Shown here: one piece after another, positions 16,746 through 34,800 of the stretch
Numbering within the stretch: position 1 is the first letter of the stretch
Layout of the letters: every line of letters starts with the position of its first letter
Origin: the human T2T-CHM13v2.0 reference genome, Homo sapiens
Strand: one strand, 5' to 3'
NCBI RefSeq assembly: GCF_009914755.1
Contig: NC_060932.1
DNA length: 64,000 bases
Notes under the pieces: model-generated
Seen by the model: the letters and a program-made list of their open reading frames with translations, nothing else
Told to the model about the DNA's origin: nothing
The model's database searches: none
Made by a program: the position numbers and the translations under genes

Positions 16746-17855
16746 CTGAACCTTACTGATTCACTAGGACTTTGTAAAACTATACTTCCTGCAGTAGGGT
16801 TTATATTGAGTGATAGATGCCTTTCTTTTACATATAACTGCAAAAGAAATCAGGACTCTTATTTACAAAACAGTAATCCTTGATAACTCACTGCAAATCA
16901 TTTAACAGTTTGCCAGCGGGTATCTGTGAAAAGCTGTGCTACCATGCCACTGGCCCATTAGCTATTTCAGTAAACATATTATTTGCCATACTTTGTAAAA
17001 ATAGGTTCCAAATTCAAGTTATTGCATATTTTTGTTTATTATTCGGGTCTAGGAACCCACTTATCTAATGTAGACATCATACTCACCTTCTAAATAAAAG
17101 ATCTCTTTCGGTAAGTAACATTTCTATTGGCAGCAAACCACCAGCTGCAATATTTGTAAAGAAATCTTTAGTTGTGTATTTTTAAGTTGAAGTGGCTTTT
17201 TCAAGATTTTAAAGGAAGTTTTCCTATTCTTACAGTAAAGATATGCAAATCATCTGAAGATCTAAAAAGCATCCTTCAAATAATGTTAGATTGCTTGCAT
17301 TACCTGCTAGCTTAGAAGTTTCCTGAAGGAAAGAACCATCCCTTTTTCATTATTGTATCTTCAGTACTGGGTATAGTGCCCGTTACATAATAACCACCTA
17401 ATAGGCATTTGTTGAGTGACTCATGGATGGACAAATGAAGAGCTCTTTCTCTAAGGTGACTCCACTGTAGCAAAGCACCATAGAATTTAATTTCTCCATT
17501 TTCAGGTAGCAGTTTTGGTCCTGGGTATAGAGTCATACAAAGGTTTCAGATGCAATTTATCAGGACATCTGCTGTTTCCTCCCTTACCTCAACCTCAACT
17601 ATAAAATCCCCATTTTCTTGGGGAAACATTTACATAAGATGATAATGGCCAGCAGCAGAATCTATTTGAAAAGCAAATTGTAGAGTACTGAATGAGCTCA
17701 GCTTTTGTTCATTTCTTTCTTTACCTTATCTCTATGCTTTTATATACACAAAACATACCAGACATCTTCAGGTAAAAAGCTCTTCACAGTATTTTATTTG
17801 CCTCGGAAATCACAATGATATGGACTTTTAAAAGAGAAAGCATGTCTTTTTTTAG

Positions 17856-18302
<447 letters not shown>

Positions 18303-18828
18303 TAGTCAAAATGAGATAGTAAACAAATACGTCAATAGGTATGTTCTACTTTGAGTAAACCTGACATTTGTTTCTTATACCATAATCTCAGTTCACAATC
18401 ACTTAGAGAATCCCATCTACTGGGATTAAGTCCATCTGCAGCAGCTTTAAAATAAAAGACACTTAAGGCTACTTTTTTCTATGGAGTTAAAGTTATAATT
18501 TTAGAAACAAACAAAATAGTTTCCCATTTGTTCTAGGACAGGTTTCTCCTGATTTTGCATCTTTTCACAAGGATCTCTTGTTTTGTCAAATGAATGTGGG
18601 CCACAAAAAAGCCCACAGCTTTTCAGAGGCAGCATAATGGATACGTCTTCCTAGAACCTTATGAAACCACTATGCTGAGCTCCTGCAAAATACTACACCC
18701 GTTCTTGAGCTTAAACTAAACAATAGAGATATTTAGTCAACACCCAGGAAGGGAGGGTCTTAGAGCACTGAGGAGAAAAATGAATTGGTTAGCAGTTTCA
18801 CATGATATTGTCAGCTTCTTCAATGTAG

Positions 18829-19165
<337 letters not shown>

Positions 19166-19749
19166 CAGGTAAGTACTTTGGATATGAGTAGGGGTGTTTT
19201 GTTGTTGCTTTTGCCCTTTTCTTGGTCAACATCTAATAACAGAGAACAGTATTTCCATATTTCAAATATAGGGCTGTTTCCAATGTAGTAGCTGACTCTA
19301 ATGTTTAAAATCCGGATAGGTTTCTAATTTCCTGCTTGAGTTTGCCCACAGTGCATAAATGGATGCAGTAGTGCAAAAATGATTTCATTTTAGAAGCCAA
19401 GCTCTCATCTCTTTTGGAACCTAGTCAGTGATGATGGAAGACTTAACCAAGCGTCTTTAGAGAGTGTTCCATTTATTAGCTTCATTAATAACAATAACAG
19501 GCAAAACCCATCCCAGCTGAAGGAAGAATGCCCCTATAGTATGTAAACACACGACTGAGAATGTTCATCAATTACATTTCTTGTTGGATTTGAGACTGAA
19601 CAGAAATCTAAATTATTACTCATGTTACTCATTACATTTCTGTTTTTCCTATTGGAGTTCCCAATAGGAAACGTTGACCTTGTCAAGGTGTCTTTGAGAA
19701 TTCTAATGTACAGGCTCATTTTCATTTTGCTAACTGGGAGAGCACTCTG

Positions 19750-20410
19750 AATAGTGCACCAAGAAATATATCTTTCACTCGTTCCACTTTTCCCCCTTGA
19801 CCTCTGCCTTGGTCTCCTCCAGGCCCTCAGCAGGCCTCTGCATGAATTCGATTTGGTCTCCTGGCTTTCAGAATCTCCTCATTCCAATGATCACATCCTC
19901 TACTGACAAGTATTCATCTCTCTACTCAAAAACACATCAGTGGCCACCAAATACAGTTCCGCTTTGCCTGACATGCAAGGCCATTTACAATTTGGTTCCA
20001 ATCTGTCTTCTCAGCCTTCTCTTACCTTCATCTAACCCAAGGTCCCATCTGACCTGAATGCTACTTATGATCACCCTTCCCCATCTGGCCTGTAGTCATG
20101 CTGATCTCTCCGCTCTAGGGAAACTAGCCACCAACTTCTACATATCTCAATGCTAACTTCAAGTTGGAAGTCGTTTTTTTCTGTGTTCTCCATTCCCAAA
20201 GCATTGTGGTTGGAGGGCTCCCAAGCTTTTTTTTCACATTTTGTGTTACGTTTATTTCAATAAAGATATTATCTTCTCCCCCTCCCTTCCTCAGACTTCA
20301 AACCCTTTGAGATTAGAGGATGAGTCACATTCCCTTATAAATTCAAGCACAGGGCCTCTCACATAACAGGAACTTAGTGTGTTTGAATAAGTGAATGAAT
20401 GAATGAATGA
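19750..20410 (+). mobile_element. L2 LINE 3' fragment
   Basis: Pyrimidine-rich L2 body ending in (GAAT)n. Confidence 0.6.
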
Positions 20411-20929
20411 CAAAATAAGAGAACCAAAATTATCTCTTCTATATCACACTATTTTCCCACTTCATTCCTACCCCAATAATATGACAGGAACATGAGCCAT
20501 TTAAGCAGTTTAATTATCTAATCCAAAATGTGGGCTCTGAAGATCAGAGTGAGTCTACATAGAACAGCTGAGGTGTCAAAACACATTAAAAATAATAATG
20601 CAAAAATAACCAGGTGTAATCTAAGCTGAGTATTTTCTCTGGCACCTCTTCACTAACATTTAATTTAGAATTGTGTTCTATAATTATCGTATGTGTTTAA
20701 GGGTCCTATTTTCTGCTGATTCTTAACTAGATACAATACATACAGCTTTCAGAGATTGAAAATATTAGTATAAAGAGAACTAATGCTTTTATTTTAATTG
20801 ATTAAATGTAATCAAAGTACATATTGTTTGACACTAGTTTCTGTCAAGTATTCAGTACTTGAAAATGTTGAATCATCGGTTTGAGACCCATAATTCTGAC
20901 TGTACCACAGACAGTGGAGAATGTGGAGT

Positions 20930-21655
20930 GTAGTTTTTCCACTGGGTGACAGGAGGGAGACCGATCCTCCAGGACTTCTATCAGCAACACCTTGTTTTGG
21001 GTACTGTGGGTGATATGAAGAAGTTCTAACAAATAGAATGTGTGGAAGTGGTGCTCAGAGACCTTCAAGTGTAATAGAAAGGGGAGCTTCCTCCAGATGC
21101 TGCCTTGGGTCACTCACTCTGTAGGAAGCCAGCGAACACAACACCAGTACATTCAAAACCCCAAGGAGAGGCCCACAAGGAGACAAAGGCCTCTCACCAA
21201 TAAGCCAGGTGTGTGAGTGAGCTGCCTTTTCTCTCTTCTTCTACTTAGCTTTTTAAATGTACACACTGCTCTCTTGTTGGTGCATAGCTATTCAGATTTT
21301 GACAAAACCATAAAACCAGGTTGCCACCACCATGATCCAAGTATAATTTCCATTATGCTTCCAATACCCCATTATCATCCATCTGTCCTGCCCTCTGCAA
21401 TGCCTGGCAACCACTAACCTATTACCCAGAATGCAATGAGCTGGCTTTAGGAGTAGACCCTCCAGCCTCGTTCAAGCTTTCAGATGACAGCAGCCCTGGT
21501 TGATATCTCTGTTACAATATTATGAAGAACCTCAAGGCAGAATCACTGAGCCAAGCCACTCCCAAATCCCTTCATGGAAACTGTGAGAGATGAGAAGTGT
21601 CATTTGTCGTTGTAAGCCACTAAGTTTGGAGGTAATGATTGCACAGCAATAGTTG
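20930..21655 (+). mobile_element. MaLR LTR (MLT1-type), probably interrupted by a short L1 fragment at ~21225-21430
   Basis: cttcagatgacagcagccctgg...aagccactaagtttggaggtaatgattgcacagcaatag MLT1 3' motifs. Confidence 0.6.
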
Positions 21656-21942
21656 CATTGGTTACCTTATAAATCTTTTTTAAAATAATTATTGCTATTG
21701 ATATTTACCTAGAATGTCTTTCCTTTGATTGGTCTTGGAGCAGACCCACAGCCTGAGTGCCCATGCACAGGTAACTTGGGTACCTGAAGGTAGAAAAGTG
21801 TCACCACATTGACATGACTAAGATGTCCACTGCCTGAGATGTGGACAAAGGCCATGCCAAGGTTAAGTGGAAGAAAATATGAAGCAGTTAATCCTCTGTC
21901 ACTTGAAAGCTCACAGCAGAAATAATTCAAAACGTAAAGCCC

Positions 21943-22133
<191 letters not shown>

Positions 22134-24016
22134 AAAATGTAAAGCCTCTCAACACCAGGTTCTGCTTATCTTGTGGCAAATCTGTTTCTCTGTCGCACAT
22201 ACTACTTTCATGATTTGAAGTCCTAGATAAGCTGCCTGCATCCTCTTGCAATCCATCCCCATTTCCACACAGAGAGGCAGCAGCTGCATTACAGGGGGAG
22301 CTATTGTACATTCTAGGGGCCTCTCCAGCAGTATGTCTTCTCTTTCTAGAACTTTGCCTCTCTCACCCAGGCCCCCATGAATAGTGACTACAGTTCTTTG
22401 CATGGCTATGTTCACTCCAGCTGAGATGAAGTCATGAATGTGGGGGAAAGTCCTTTGTTAAAGGTACATAATGCGTGTTGCAAATAATCCATTCCCAGAA
22501 AACTCAGAGTTGGCTGTGCTTATTCTATACTTCAGTTCAAAGCAAGTTTTCTACACAAAAAATATTCAAGTCTCCCAAACTCAACTGTTTAAACAAAAGA
22601 GTTAATTACTCAGGATTCTGGGTGGTCAATGATGAATCACCAGAAACTGTGACACCCTCAGTGAGGAGCCATGGGTCTACCCTGAACTTAGAAGGGGACA
22701 GTCACTTCACGTCTCTGGGCCTCAGAATCATTCTCTGTAAAAAGAAGGGATATAATTCAATGATATTGACTGTCTTTTCCAGCACAGCTCAGCTTACGGT
22801 TCTTGGAAACATTATTAAATTTTTTAATGAATTCTTTTGTTCTGTGTCTTCAGATGAGAATTACAATAGAATAGTCTCGTTTCCTCTGCAACAATAAAAT
22901 AACTGTGCATTTTTCCATCCTAAAGTATTTAAAAGAATAAATGATAAAGGTCTGCAAAATGAATATTCTATCTTAACCTAGCCATAATTTTATAATTTAC
23001 ATTGCCACTGTTTCTAAGTAAGAAACTGCCTTCTATCTGTGTTTTATACTGGCAAGAAGAATTTAATCTATAAAGAAAACCTCTAAAGTACTTTCAGACC
23101 ATCGAAATTTATAATTCCATAACTCAATAACTTCCTTTGTTTTCTACATTACATTACATATTCAGGAAGATAAGACTTTTTTCTTATTAATTTAAAACTT
23201 GGAAGTAGAGACAGGTATCATCTTTTTCTGGAACAAATAACACTAGAGTTGAGTCAGCAATCAAGTTATGCATATTCATAACCATCTAGGCCAACCTCAT
23301 TTATAATTCTTTGTTAATCTATAAAAATAATTTTATTTTTAAAAATTTGATTTGCTACTTGAAGCAAAGGCAAGAATAACACAATTTCACAGGGTTCCCA
23401 ATGATTAATGTGAAAATTAAAAAAATACAAAAGGAGGAAATTATTTGCACTATTAAAGTATATACTAATAACAAGTAGAAAGTTATGTGGAAGTCACAGG
23501 AATCAAGGCCAATGAACAAAATTCAATTTCATTTTCTATATATCAGCAACACATAAAAATAAAACACACAAAATAAAGTTTCAAAACTACAATACAATGT
23601 ATACTAGGGTTAAACAACGCAAAATTTAGTTGACTTTCAAACGACACAAGTTTGAACCGCATGGGTCTATTTATACACACATTTTTTTCAATCAATATAT
23701 CGGAAAAAATCTGGAGATTTGCAACAATATGAGAAAGCAGAGAACCACAAAGCCTAGAAATATCAAAAAATTAATAAAAATTAGGTATGTCATGAATGCC
23801 TAAAATATATGTAGATACTAGTCTATTTTATATTTACTATTATAAAATACACACAAATCTATTATTAAAAGTTGAAAGTTATCAAAACTTTCACATATAT
23901 ACACAGACTGCACGCATGGCGCCATTTGTAGTCAAAAGAAATGTAAAGAAATGTAAAGATGCAGTATTAAATCATAGCTGCATAAAGTTAAGGTAGTAAA
24001 CACTGGCCCGCAATAA

Positions 24017-24337
<321 letters not shown>

Positions 24338-25072
24338 CTGTCCTGCAATAATTTCATAACCATCTCCTGTTGCAATGAGCGCAAGTATTGTGAGGATTCA
24401 CTTACAATGCCATGTGATGCTAATCATCTCCACGTAAGCAGTTTGTCTCCCCAGTAAATTGTGTACTGCAGTAGAAAGTGATCTCTCGAGGTTCTCATGT
24501 GTTTTTCATCATGTTTAATGCAATGCTGGAAACCTTGAATAACACCATGGGATCTATACTAAGTGTAACTCGTGATGCTGGAAGTGCTCTTAAGAAGCAC
24601 AGGAAACTCATGGCTACAAGAACAAGTTGAATGATTTGATATATACTATGGATGGAGATCTTCAGATTGGTTGCCTGCCACTTCAAGATAAATGAATCCA
24701 GCATAAGGTCCATTATTTAAAAAAAAAAAAACAACAAAAAAAAAAACCAAGAAAAAGAAATTTATGAAGTTGTTGCTATAGCTACATCAGCAGGCATAAA
24801 AACCTTGAACTTTATGAGAAATACTTTTGCCCTCATATTGAAAATGCAGCTTTTATGTGAGTGCAGGATTGCTATAGGAAAGGCATACCTAATATGATTC
24901 GAGAAAAAGTGAATTCATTGTATGACAACTTAAAGCAAAAGGAAGGTGAAGGATCTAAAGCTGTAGAAGTTAATGCCAACAAGGGAAGGTTCGATAATAG
25001 GAGGAGCAGCTTCTGCCAACAAAGAAGCAGCAGAAGAGTTCCCAGGCATCATTAAGAAAACTATTGAGGAGT

Positions 25073-25435
<363 letters not shown>

Positions 25436-26712
25436 CTATTCTAGGGAAAAAAAATGCCACTAAGGACACTTATTAGTAAGGAAGAGAGGCAAGCACCAGG
25501 GTTTAAGGCAGGAAGGGATAGGCTAACTCTACTGTTTTGTGCAAATGCAGTCAGGTTTATGATCAGGACTGCCCTTATCTATAAAGCTGCTACCCACCTT
25601 CCCCACCAGCTTTGAAAGGAAAATATAAACACCAGCTGCCAGTCTTTTGGCTGTACAAGAAGCCCTGGACAACAACAACCATTTTTCTGTATTGGCTCCA
25701 TCGATGCTTTGTCCCTGAAATTAGGAAGTACCTTGCCAGTAAGGAACTGCCTTTTAAAGTGTTTTTTTTTTTTTTATATTGGACAATGCCCTTGACTACC
25801 CAGAACACCATAAATTCAACATTGAAGGTGTCAAAGTGGTTTACCCCTGACTAAACACAATGTATTTAATTTAGCCCATAGGTCAGGGGGGTCAGGAACT
25901 TTAAGGCTCATTACACACAGTACTCTATGGACAGGACTGTGGACACTATGGAAGAGAACTCTGATAGAGAAAACATTATGAAAGTTTGGAATCTAAGGCC
26001 TAACAGACACTACACCAGAGGAATTAACAGAAGACAACTTGATGGAAGTGAGTGCATCTGAGCCAGTGCCAGATGACGAGGAAGAAGACATTGAAGAAGC
26101 AGTGCCAGAAAACAAGTCGATGTTAGACAATCTGGCAGAAGGGGTCCAATGATTCAAGACTGCTTTTTGACTTCTTTTATGACATGGGCCCTTATATGAT
26201 ACAGATACTGAAATAAAAGCAAGCAATGGAAGGACTGGTACTGTAGAGAAACATTTTTAGAGAAATAAAAAAGCAAAAAAGTCAAATAAATGATGATGTA
26301 TTTCATAAAGTTACACCGAGAGTGCCTGACTGTCTGCCTCTCCTTCCACCTTTTCCACCGCTTTTGCCTCTGCCACCCCTGAGTAGCAGAACCAACCCCT
26401 CCTCTTCATCCTACTCCACCTACTCAACATGAAGATGATGAGTACTTCCACTTAACATATAGTAAATATATTTTCTCTTCCTGATGATTTTCTTAATAAC
26501 ATTTTATTTATGTTACTTTATTGTAAAATTACAGTATAAAGTATGTATAACCCACAAAATATGTGTTAATCAACTATGTTATTGGTAAGGCTTCCAGTCA
26601 ACAGTAGGCTATTAGTAGTTAAGTTTTTGAGGAGTCAAAAGTTATTTGCAGATTTTCAACCGTGTAGGGGGTTGGTGCCCCTGATCCTTGTGTTGTTCAA
26701 GAGTCAATTGTA

Positions 26713-28720
<2,008 letters not shown>

Positions 28721-30929
28721 AATAGTTTCTTATAAAAAATATTAAATCAGAATCCTTCTAGAAATGAAAATGATTGCCATGTTAAGAATGTAAGATTTCA
28801 GGTGATTTTGTTTTAGGGCATTCTCTGTTCATTCATTCATTCATTCAGAAACTATTGAGTAACTATTATGTGTCTGCCACTACTCTAGGTGTTTTGAACA
28901 TATAAATGAGCAAACCAGACATAAATGCCTGCTTTTAAGATGCTAATAATCTATAAAGTAAGTAGAGAGAAAGAAAATACAAAAAAAAGTAAGTAAACAA
29001 GACAGTGTTTAAAAATGTGAGAAGTGCTATGAGAGAAAGAGAAAAAGCCTACCATCCTATTATATTGCTATATCGTGCTTCAGCTGCCTGATACCATTTT
29101 ATTAAAGTCATGGATATGCCTATATTTATGGATTAGCATTTTTGCCTTTATTAATTGATTGATCATACATTAGAAGCATTCCAGGAATAGAGGGGTGTGT
29201 GTGTGGCCTGTGTGTGTGTGTTTCAAAGTGCTGGGTTACCATAGTTGCTTTATTCTTAAGCTTTTGCAATATTTAATGCTTGAATAAATATCTATCAGGA
29301 TATCACCTGGAGCGTGTGGAAAGTTTGGTTTCAAGGACATTGTGCTCAATGCTAATCGCATTCCATGGGCTACTGAGTCACAGTCACATTGAGTTATCGA
29401 GTCAAAGCAGCCTTTTTGTCTTCTGTATGAAAGACAAGCTGCTCAAATGTTACAGAATTCAGACACCAAAGTCATTAAGATGTAGTTGTACATAAAAGAT
29501 ACAGCACTGATAATTCAAAATAGACAGGAAGAATGTGCTGTAGGAATAATTTTTCTTCAAGTCATAATAACTGGCACCAAACATAAAGTCCTATTTTTCT
29601 CCTTCACTGCCCAGCCGGGAAGGAGTCACTGAGACAACTTGTTATCTGCCAGTAACACAGGCATTGCAGTTAGGCCTTCAGCTATGGAGAGACCCTGCCT
29701 ATTTTCTTTAACAAGACATAGACTGAAAACATATGAAATCCTCCATCAAAAAGCAGTAGTACCATTGACTCAAAAGCTTCTGCAATGAGCTTATCCAACA
29801 TACTGAAATAGGAAGCACCAAGTTGCTTTTCTGTAGCTAGAACACATACACATAAATAAAGTGTTATTAATGTTTGCTCTTTTTTTGTTGTTTTTAATCA
29901 GGTCTTTTGGAAAAAATCAATCTCGAATCAAGCTCTATATACTTAGCCATGGATCTCCAACTTTAAATCTATGCTGCAGTATAAGATTCTTCCATGATGA
30001 CTTCTTAGCTGTCTCTAGCTTGTTTCCTGACCTTTGCCCATGCGTATGTGATTCTGCTCACATGGAATGCCTTCTCACCTTCTAAAATGCCACCCACTTT
30101 TCTAGTTCCAAATCAAGTATATTCCCTTGGTGAGATCTTCTGCAACCAACATATTAAGAAGTGACCTGTCCCTCCTCTCAACTCATTGTAGCATGACCTT
30201 TTATATTACTTATTTTGTCTAGAAATGTTCCAAGTCATTTTCTGTTATAATTATCCCCCTTACAGGTTCACAGCCAGATTACGGTAATTAGAATTGTAGG
30301 CTCTGTATGCAGAACCCTGTTTAAACTGAGGTTGCCGTCTCCAAATTGATTTGCAAATGTTGTTATCTATAGCTTGCAGCCATTATGAATGACCTGCCCA
30401 CAAAAGCTCATCAAACTTACACCAAATCTGAAGTATAGTATCAATAGCACCCCTTGCAGAATTATTTTTATTTTTCTGAGAAAAATGCATTTTCTCAGAA
30501 AATATAATATGCAATTTTGCTGTACTTCTATGCTGCCAACATCAAGCTGATCAAAAGTATGTAGGTGATCAAAAATGCTTAAATGGTTGCTGGTGATAAA
30601 ATATTCTATTTAGTCCCACAAATTGGTTGATGGCTTCCTAAGGAATCCACAGAAGTAATCCTCACGCTATGTTTTCCAAATTCAGCAGCTTCTGTGAAAC
30701 CTCACAGGAACTTCAAATGATACATGGTTTCTAGCTGTCAAGAAAACCCTGTCTGGGGCAGGGGCATGGTGCGGAGGAGACAGGTGTTGACTACATAGTG
30801 CCACACAGCACTGTCTTGCCGTGATTTCCCGGAGATTTTATTGAAGGGGCTTGGGCTTGCTTCAAGTCATTAAATTGAGTCAATTTGTTGCTTTGTTTTG
30901 GCTAAATTTATAAAAGCACAAAAGTTTAA

Positions 30930-31334
<405 letters not shown>

Positions 31335-31583
31335 TGAATGTGCCTTTGGTCTGAAAAGCAGTCAATAAAAATATGAAAATAAACACTTTGAAACAAAGGA
31401 GATTATAAAAATTAAACTAAAGCAAGCCTTCTGCTCATTTCCTTTCTTGTCCATTTCTTTTGGGTGAGCCTCACTTTTTCCTTAATAATTAAAGCAAGAA
31501 GAAGAATCATTCCGATTTGTGAAAGCCGCATCTTTTCTCTGAAAGCCCAGTTTTGTGGCAGAAGTGAGAAGAGCTGCCCTTAC

Positions 31584-31811
31584 CTCTCAGTTCCCCCATA
31601 TCCAGGGTTGTCCCCAGTTGTTCTAACAAAGCAACTCTTGCCGCATTCTTTTTGTGTTTCTTGCCATCATAATGTTGCTGGGCCATCAGAGGGTTATTAA
31701 ACCAGGCTGCACAGAGCCCACAGTATCTGTCTGAATCTCTTCTTTGATAGGGAGATGCGACCACCGGAGCAGTGTCCATCCGTGGGGGCTTAAGTGGGCT
31801 CAGGGGTGTTG
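31584..31811 (-). CDS. ZMAT4: ZMAT4 internal coding exon (228 nt) encoding the next matrin-type zinc finger ([76 protein letters not shown])
   Basis: Acceptor TTTCCTTTCACAG|CA and donor CTGAGAG|GTAAGG; CGLC-x12-H-x5-H motif; joins the upstream exon in frame (G|CA = Ala); phase 1-1. Confidence 0.93.
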
Positions 31812-34800
31812 CTGTGAAAGGAAACAACCAGAGAACCACAGCCACGTTAGTCCAACACTGAGTCCACTCTTCCTCAATACCCGAAGACCAAAAGTCTCCT
31901 GTTCACTCTAGAGCTTAAACATCCCCAAGAGTTCATTGACAGCAGGAAAATTAGCCCTGCCAGCTTTCATTTTTGAGTTGGGACACAAATAAAAATTCTT
32001 AATGTATTGAGATCAGAGTTTGCATATCGTTATACCAAAATCTGATAATTCAAGAGACCATCCCTTAGGGGAATAATAAGATTTTTAAAAATAAATTCTC
32101 AGTTATTCCCACTGTGGCTCTCAGGAGCTATGGACAGTAGCTCTAAGTATTTGGCTGCCTGGAGTAGCTTTGAAAACACGGTTATTGAAGGCCTTTCCCA
32201 CTCACTTTTAAAATGCATTCTGCTCTAACATTGGCATTTAGAGAAAAAAAATGTAGTAAAATACAGGGGACAAGCTCAATGAGCCAGGTAAAACTTGAGC
32301 AATAACTTAATTTTTCTAGCATCACTAATAATGCAATAAGCCTATTGTAATTGCCTTCAATTATTTTTGTGTGTGTATAACACTAAAAATAAATATTGGA
32401 TAAAATGCAACTAAATAAATAAATTCTTAGAGGTAAGGGAGTGATCTATCAGTCAAAATAAAGCTAATACTTGAAGTAAACATTGGACAGTCATGACTTA
32501 AAAGATTCCGAATGAATGAATTGGACGTTTGTGTGCTATAAATGTAATTAACCAATAAATAAAGGATTTGGCTAAGTGGTAGAAACTGATCTTTTGGTGA
32601 CATGGGTTGCATTAATTGAGGAAGTCATGCTAATTTTATTGTCAGCTGCTTCAGTTTATTGTAATAGGCTGTTTTCAACCTCTACCTGCTCACGTTGATG
32701 CTGAAATAACAATGTTTTTTTAAAAATCAAAAGAAAAATACTATAGATCAGGTGTACTTATCTAAACAGAATAGACATGTATCACTATTTTGAGATTGCA
32801 TTGTTCCACCTATTAAATTAACACATTTTACTGTGAGCTTAGGATTATTTCTGGTCCAGAAAACAAACAAACAAAAAAGAGCCTAACTTGAAGGAGCTTA
32901 CTAATGGAAAGTAAAAATAACTTTTCTATGTATTACAACATACAAGTTGCTTCCATCCTTACAAGGACTATGACTTGGCCTTTTATCCCATTTCTCAGAT
33001 GAGAGATTGATTTCAGAAATGCCAGTGGCTTACTGAAGGTGAGATATCTAGTGATGGGAAAAACAGGACTAAAATGAAATCTGGAATTCCCAAAGCCAAT
33101 GTTCCCTTCAATACTTTCCCAAGGATCCTTTTCATACTTCTTAATAAGCTAAGGGACTTTTTTTCTAGATCCATCATCTTTCTATTTCATATAGGATTTC
33201 ATTAAATTTTGGAAAAAATATTCCGATCCAAATATTTTGGAGAAGAAATCAATATGTAAATTCTCACATGGGCCATTAGTCCTAAAGCAGTATAGCAGCA
33301 TCCTGTGTGTGTTCTTGGTCTCTGAGATGTAGGATGCAGCTGGCAAAACCACGAGCATTAGGGTTGTCGTTCCAAGGAAAAGCTGAGGTCCGAGACCTCA
33401 ATAACAAGTTAAGGAACCAATTAACCAACACCCCAAGCTTTCAGGTAACTTTTAGGTGGACTTTTTTTTTGATTAAATAACTTATATAGAAACAAATACT
33501 TGTTAAGTGACATTTTAATTCAAGTAATGCCTGTATCATAACAGTATTTCTAAGAAGCTCTTTTTTCTTTATCCAGAGATTTCATTATATCGAGAAGTTT
33601 TAGCTAGTTTAGATTAAACTTAATGGTGTTATTTTTACAGGGACTCACAAACAGTACGCCCCTTAAAAGACTCATTGTGGGATTTGGTCATGTTATCACC
33701 ATGTAGAAATAAAGCTCAAATGTGGGCCATTCCAGCAGCCACCCAGTATCATTCTGCTATGACTTAGAAATAAAAGCTACAAATATGCAGTTGACCTGGA
33801 TGTGAAAAGATCTCTATCCACTTTTCTGAAGGTAATTGAATCTCACTTTCAAAGCTTCCCAAATCCTTATCAATTTCTGAGGATTTATAATTAGCTATTG
33901 TTTTTGATGGCAATGGAAAACATATCAAATGTCTACAATATGAATAAATGTTGACTCTTGAAGCATAATTTATTTTTCTTTAAAGTAAGCCCTATAAAAC
34001 ATTTTAGTCGATTTTATCAACTGATACCTTCTACACCATATCCTGGTAGGAGTGAGGTACAATAGAATATTCATCAAATAAGATAATCTTATCTTGCACA
34101 TAAGAAAGTAATTTGATGTAGCTTCTCCCTCTGAATAATTCCACTATCTTGTGTATAGTCTGAAAGTTTAAAGGATTTTTTTTTTTTTTGCTTCTGTTGT
34201 AACTGTCTTCACTCATTTCAACCCAGCTTATATTCCTTTAGTGCCTATAAAAGCAGGCAAAGGCAGTAGCATAAAAACAGCCTTGAATCAAAGACAGAAC
34301 TCTGGTTGGGTGGGACTCCACTATCAGTGAGCTGTGTGACCTTTGGCAAATTTCTAACGTCCCTGGTTTCCTCAAGGTAAAAATTCAGACACACCATCTC
34401 TTTTAAAATTAACATACTTTGCAGCTAACCCATAGGGTGTGGACAGAACAAATTGTGGAAGCTCTGTCCCTTCTACAGCTTTGATTCAATACCAAATATA
34501 GAAATTATGTGGGAGGAGAGCAGTTTCCAGGTTTTAATGATAAATCTGTGTGTGTACATGAACCCTAACACTTACATGCTTTGGCAGAGTGTATTATTCC
34601 AATAAAATGAATGAAGAATGGGGCAAAGATTATCTTTTGGTTTAAAAACATGCTTTAAAAAACACTTTAGTTGACATGTAGTTAATTTCTATTTTGATTT
34701 CATAGTTTGTTTTTATTCTAATTGCAAAAAATATTAACTAAATATTTACTTTACCTGCCCTTTATATAGATTCAACCAAAAGTCAATTAATCGAAACCAG

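Noticed and set aside
25612-26226. Transposase-like ORF fragments as a domesticated gene
   Set aside because: Multiple stops, frameshifts and Alu interruptions show neutral decay of Tigger2
31507-31845. ORF track 112-aa and 114-aa (53967-54311) ORFs read as standalone small proteins
   Set aside because: They are ZMAT4 exons plus intronic read-through; canonical splice sites delimit the real coding parts
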